In this document: one piece after another, positions 58,760-64,000 of the stretch
Position numbering within the stretch: the first letter of the stretch is position 1
Layout: each line of letters begins with the position of its first letter
Assembly (NCBI RefSeq): GCF_006345805.1
Contig: NC_043000.1
Location: 1,984,001 to 2,048,000, forward strand
DNA length: 64,000 bases
Source of the DNA: Octopus sinensis
Taxonomy: Eukaryota
Direction of reading: 5' to 3'
Made by a program: the position numbers and the translations under genes
Notes under the pieces: generated by a model
What the model saw: the letters and a program-made list of their open reading frames with translations, nothing else
What the model was told of the DNA's origin: nothing
Database searches by the model: none

Positions 58760-61700
58760 TGTCACCCTTGCTCCACACCAGTTACCCTTGCTCCACTCTT
58801 GTGTTACCCTTGCTCCACTCCTGTGTTACCCTTGCTCCACTCCTGTGTTACCCTTGCTCCACTCCTGTGTTACCCTTGCTCCACTCTTGTGTTACCCTTG
58901 CTCCACTCCTGTGTTACCCTTGCTCCACTCCTGTGTTACCCTTGCTTCACTCTTGTGTTATCCTTGCTCCACTCCTGTGTTACCCTTATCCACTCTTGTG
59001 TTACCCTTGCTCCACTCTTGTGTTACCCTTGCTCCACTCCTGTGTTACCCTTACTCCGCTCTTGTGTTACCCTTGCTCCACTCCTGTGTTACCTTTGCTC
59101 CACTCTTGTGTTACCCTTGCTCCACTCCTGTGTTACCCTTGCTCCACTCCTGTGTTACCCTTGCTTCACTCTTGTGTTATCCTTGCTCCACTCCTGTGTT
59201 ACCCTTATCCACTCTTGTGTTACCCTTGCTCCACTCCTGTGTTACCCTTTCTCCACTCTTGTGTTACCCTTGCTCCACTCCTGTGTTACCATTGCTCCAC
59301 TCCTGTGTTACCCTTGCTCCACTCCTGTGTTACCATTGCTCCACTCCTGTGTTCCTTGCTCCACTCTTGTGTTACCCTGCTCCACTTATGTTACCTTTGC
59401 TCCACTCCTGTGTTACCCTTGCTCCACTCTGTGTTACCCTTGCTCCCCACCTGTGTTACCCTTGCTCCACTCTTGTGTTACCCTTTCTCCACTCTTGTGT
59501 TACCCTTGGTCCACTCCTGTGTTACCCTTATCCACTCCTGTGTTACCCTTATCCACTCCTGTGTTACCCTTGCCCCACTCCTGTGTTACCCTTTCTCCAC
59601 TCTTGTGTTACCCTTGCTCCACTCCTGTGTTACCCTTATCCACTCCTGTGTTACCCTTGCACCACTCCTGTGTTACCCTTGCTCCACTCTTGTGTTACCC
59701 TTGCTCCACTCTTGTGTTACCCTTGCTCCACTCTTGTGTTACCCTTACTCCACTCTTGTGTTACCCTTTCTCCACTCCTGTGTTACCCTTGTTCCACTCT
59801 TGTGTTACCCTTGCTCCACTCTTGTGTTACCCTTGCTCCACTCCTGTGTTACCCTTGCTCCACTCCTGTGTTACCCTTGCTCCACTCTTGTGTTACGCTT
59901 TCTCCACTCTTGTGTTACCCTTGCTCCACTCTTGTGTTACGCTTACTCCACTCTTGTGTTACCCTTTCTCCACTCCTGTGTTACCCTTGTTCCACTCTTG
60001 TGTTACCCTTGCTCCACTCCTGTGTTACCCTTATCCACTCCTGTGTTACCCTTGCTCCACTCCTGTGTTACCCTTATTTACTCCTGTGTTACCCTTGCTC
60101 CACTCCTGTGTTACCCTTACTCCACTCTTGTGTTACCCTTGCTACACTCCTGTGTTACCCTTGCTTCACTCCTGTGTTACCCTTGCTCCACTCTTGTGTT
60201 ACCCTTGCTCCACTCCTGTGTTACCCTTAATCCACTCCTGTGTTACCCTTGCTCCACTCTTGTGTTACCCTTGCTCCACTCCTGTGTTACCCTTGCTCCA
60301 CTCTTGTGTTACCCTTGCTCCACTCCTGTGTTACCCTTGCTCCACTCTTGTGTTACCCTTGCTCCACTCTTGTGTTACCCTTTCTCCACTCCTGTGTTAC
60401 CCTTTCTCCACTCCTGTGTTACCCTTGCTCCACTCTTGTGTTACCCTTGCTCCACTCTTGTGTTACCCTTCCTCCACTCCTGTGTTACCCTTGCTCCACT
60501 CCTGTGTTACCCTTGCTCCACTCCTGTGTTACTCTTGCTCCACTCTTGTGTTACCTTGCTCCACTCTGTGTTACCCTTGCTCACTCCTCCTGTGTTACCC
60601 TTGCTCCACTCTTGTGTTACCCTTTCTCCACTCTGTGTTACCCTTACCCCACTCTGTGGTTACCCTTGCTCCACTCTTGTGTTACCCTTTCTCCACTCTT
60701 GTGTTACCCTTGCTCCACTCTGTGTTACCCTTATCCTCTCCTGTGTTACCTTGCTCCACTCCTGTGTTACCCTTGCTCCACTCCTGTGTTTCCCTTGCCC
60801 CACTCCTGTGTTACCCTTGCTCCACTCTTGTGTTACCCTTGCTCCACTCCTGTGGTACCCTTGCTCCACTCCTGTGTTACCCTTGCTCCACTCTTGTGTT
60901 ACCCTTGCTCCACTCCTGTGTTACCCTTAATCCACTCCTGTGTTACCCTTATCCACTCTTGTGTTACCCTTGCTCCACTCTTGTGTTACCCTTTCTCCAC
61001 TCCTGTGTTACCCTTGCTCCACTCCTGTGTTACCCTTGCTCCACTCTTGTGTTACCCTTGCTCCACTCTTGTGTTACCCTTTCTCCACTCTTGTGTTACC
61101 CTTGCCCCACTCCTGTGTTACCCTTGTTCCACTCTTGTGTTACCCTTGCTCCACTCTTGTGTTACCCTTGCTCCACTCTTGTGTTACCCTTGCTCCACTC
61201 CTGTGTTACCCTTATCCACTCCTATGTTACCCTTATCCACTCCTGTGTTACCCTTGCTCCACTCCTGTGTTACCCTTATTTACTCCTGTGTTACCCTTGC
61301 TCCACTCCTGTGTTACCCTTGCTCCACTCTTGTGTTACCCTTGCTCCACTCCTGTGTTACCCTTGCTCCACTCCTGTGTTACCCTTGCTCCACTCTTGTG
61401 TTACCCTTGCTCCACTCCTGTGTTACCCTTAATCCACTCCTGTGTTACCCTTGCTCCACTCTTGTGTTATCCTTGCTCCACTCATGTGTTACCCTTGCTC
61501 CACTCCTGTGTTACCCTTGCTCCACTCTTGTGTTATCCTGTGTTACCCTTGCTCCACTCTTGTGTTATCCTTGCTCCACTCCTGTGTTACCATTTCTCCA
61601 CTCTTGTGTTACCCTTGCTCCACTCTTGTGTTACCCTTGCTCCACTCCTGTGTTACCCTTGCAGCACTCTTGTGTTACCCTTGCTCCACTCTTGTGTTAC

Positions 61701-64000
61701 CCTTGCTCCACTCCTGTGTTACCCTTGCTCCACTCTTGTGTTACCCTTGCCCCACTCTTGTGTTACCCTTGCTCCACTCCTGTGTTACCCTTGCTCCACT
61801 CCTGTGTTACCCTTGCTCCACTCTTGTGTTACCCTTGCTCCACTCCTGTGTTACCCTTGTTCCACTCTTGTGTTACCCTTGCCCCACTCCTGTGTTACCC
61901 TTGTTCCAGTCTTGTGTTACCCTTGCTCCACTCTTGTGTTACCCTTGCCCCACTCTGTGTTACCCTTGCTCCACTCCTGTGTTACCCTTATCCACTCCTG
62001 TGTTACCCTTGCTCCACTCCTGTGTTACCCTTATTTACTCCTGTGTTACCCTTGCTCCACTCCTGTGTTACCCTTACTCCACTCTTGTGTTACCCTTGCT
62101 ACACTCCTGTGTTACCCTTGCTTCACTCCTGTGTTACCCTTGCTCCACTCTTGTGTTACCCTTGCTCCACTCCTGTGTTACCCTTAATCCACTCCTGTGT
62201 TACCCTTGCTCCACTCTTGTGTTACCCTTGCTCCACTCCTGTGTTACCCTTGCTCCACTCTTGTGTTACCCTTGCTCCACTCCTGTGTTACCCTTGCTCC
62301 ACTCTTGTGTTACCCTTGCTCCACTCTTGTGTTACCCTTTCTCCACTCCTGTGTTACCCTTTCTCCACTCCTGTGTTACCCTTGCTCCACTCTTGTGTTA
62401 CCCTTGCTCCACTCTTGTATTACTCTTTCTCCACTCCTGTGTTACCCTTTCTCCACTCCTGTGTTACTCTTGCTCCACTCTTGTGTAACCCTTGCTCCAC
62501 TCTTGTGTTACCCTTGCTCCACTCCTGTGTTACCCTTGCTCCACTCCTGTGTTACCCTTACTCCACTCTTGTGTTACCCTTGCTCCACTCTTGTGTTACC
62601 CTTCCTCCACTCCTGTGTTACCCTTGCTCCACTCCTGTGTTACCCTTGCTCCACTCCTGTGTTACTCTTGCTCCACTCTTGTGTTACCCTTGCTCCACTC
62701 TTGTGTTACCCTTGCTCCACTCCTGTGTTACCCTTGCTCCACTCTTGTGTTACCCTTTCTCCACTCCTGTGTTACCCTTACCCCACTCTTGTGTTACCCT
62801 TGCTCCACTCTTGTGTTACCCTTTCTCCACTCTTGTGTTACCCTTGCTCCACTCCTGTGTTACCCTTATCCTCTCCTGTGTTACCCTTGCTCCACTCCTG
62901 TGTTACCCTTGCTCCACTCCTGTGTTTCCCTTGCCCCACTCCTGTGTTACCCTTGCTCCACTCTTGTGTTACCCTTGCTCCACTCCTGTGGTACCCTTGC
63001 TCCACTCCTGTGTTACCCTTGCTCCACTCTTGTGTTACCCTTGCTCCACTCCTGTGTTACCCTTAATCCACTCCTGTGTTACCCTTATCCACTCTTGTGT
63101 TACCCTTGCTCCACTCTTGTGTTACCCTTTCTCCACTCCTGTGTTACCCTTGCTCCACTCCTGTGTTACCCTTGCTCCACTCTTGTGTTACCCTTGCTCC
63201 ACTCTTGTTACCCTTTCTCCACTCCTGTGTTACCCTTGCTCCACTCCTGTGTTACACTTGCCCCACACTTGTGTTACCCTTCCTCCACTCCTGTGTTACC
63301 CTTGCTCCACTCTTGTGTTACCCTTGCTCCACTCCTGTGTTACCCTTGCTCCACTCTTGTGTTACCCTTGCCCCACTCCTGTGTTACCCTTGTTCCACTC
63401 TTGTGTTACCCTTGCTCCACTCTTGTGTTACCCTTGCTCCACTCTTGTGTTACCCTTGCTCCACTCCTGTGTTACCCTTATCCACTCCTATGTTACCCTT
63501 ATCCACTCCTGTGTTACCCTTGCTCCACTCCTGTGTTACCCTTATTTACTCCTGTGTTACCCTTGCTCCACTCCTGTGTTACCCTTGCTCCACTCCTGTG
63601 TTACCCTTGCTCCACTCTTGTGTTACCCTTGCTCCACTCTGTGTTACCCTTGCTCCACTCCTGTGTACCCTTGCTCCCTCTTGTGTTACCCTTGCTCCAC
63701 TCCTGTGTTACCCTTAATCCACTCCTGTGTTACCCTTGCTCCACTCTTGTGTTATCCTTGCTCCACTCATGTGTTACCCTTGCTCCACTCCTGTGTTACC
63801 CTTGCTCCCTCTTGGGTTATCCTGTGTTACCCTTGCTCCACTCTTGTGTTATCCTTGCTCCACTCCTGTGTTACCATTTCTCCTCTCTTGTGTTACCTTG
63901 CTCCACTCTTGTGTTACCCTTGCCCCACTCTGTGTTACCCTTGCAGCAGCACTCTTGTGTTACCACTTGCTCCACTTGTGTTACCCTTGCTCCACCTGTG
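58760..64000. repeat. 22-bp satellite CCACTC(C/T)TGTGTTACCCTTGCT, >5.2 kb, continuing past the window end
   Basis: Roughly 240 units, with recurrent 21-bp (CCCTTAT) and point variants. Confidence 0.98.

Noticed and set aside
58651-63717. Very long Cys/Leu/Pro-rich ORFs (up to 891 aa)
   Set aside because: The 22-bp monomer has no stop codon in any plus frame, so all three frames give the same 22-aa repeat. Satellite artefact.

Overview
AT-rich eukaryotic genomic DNA, very probably from an octopus. This assignment is recognition of the tRNA-SINE families and the RTE 3' tail ending GGACGTTAAAC(GAT)n, not a database result. The window is almost entirely intronic repeat DNA. The only well-supported host coding sequence is the first coding exon of IMMP2L (mitochondrial inner membrane peptidase 2, + strand, 36970-37074, ending ...AKVEGASMQ|gt). 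No further IMMP2L exon was found in the remaining 27 kb. A CpG-retaining stretch near 5.5-6.1 kb may be its promoter, possibly bidirectional. The repeats include four tRNA-derived SINE families (named A-D here), several LINE lineages (CR1-like, RTE with a PHD finger inside the RT, RTEX-like, a second RTE type with a CAAGA tail), non-autonomous Helitrons including a head-to-tail dimer, mariner, pogo, piggyBac-type and foldback DNA elements, micro- and minisatellites, and a >5 kb 22-bp satellite running off the right end. The most unusual observations are the PHD finger embedded in an RTE reverse transcriptase, TSD-flanked SINE multimers sharing one fixed junction at two loci, and a 62-bp VNTR in the RTE 3'UTR. 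Most repeat boundaries were read by eye and are approximate unless fixed by a TSD or TIR.
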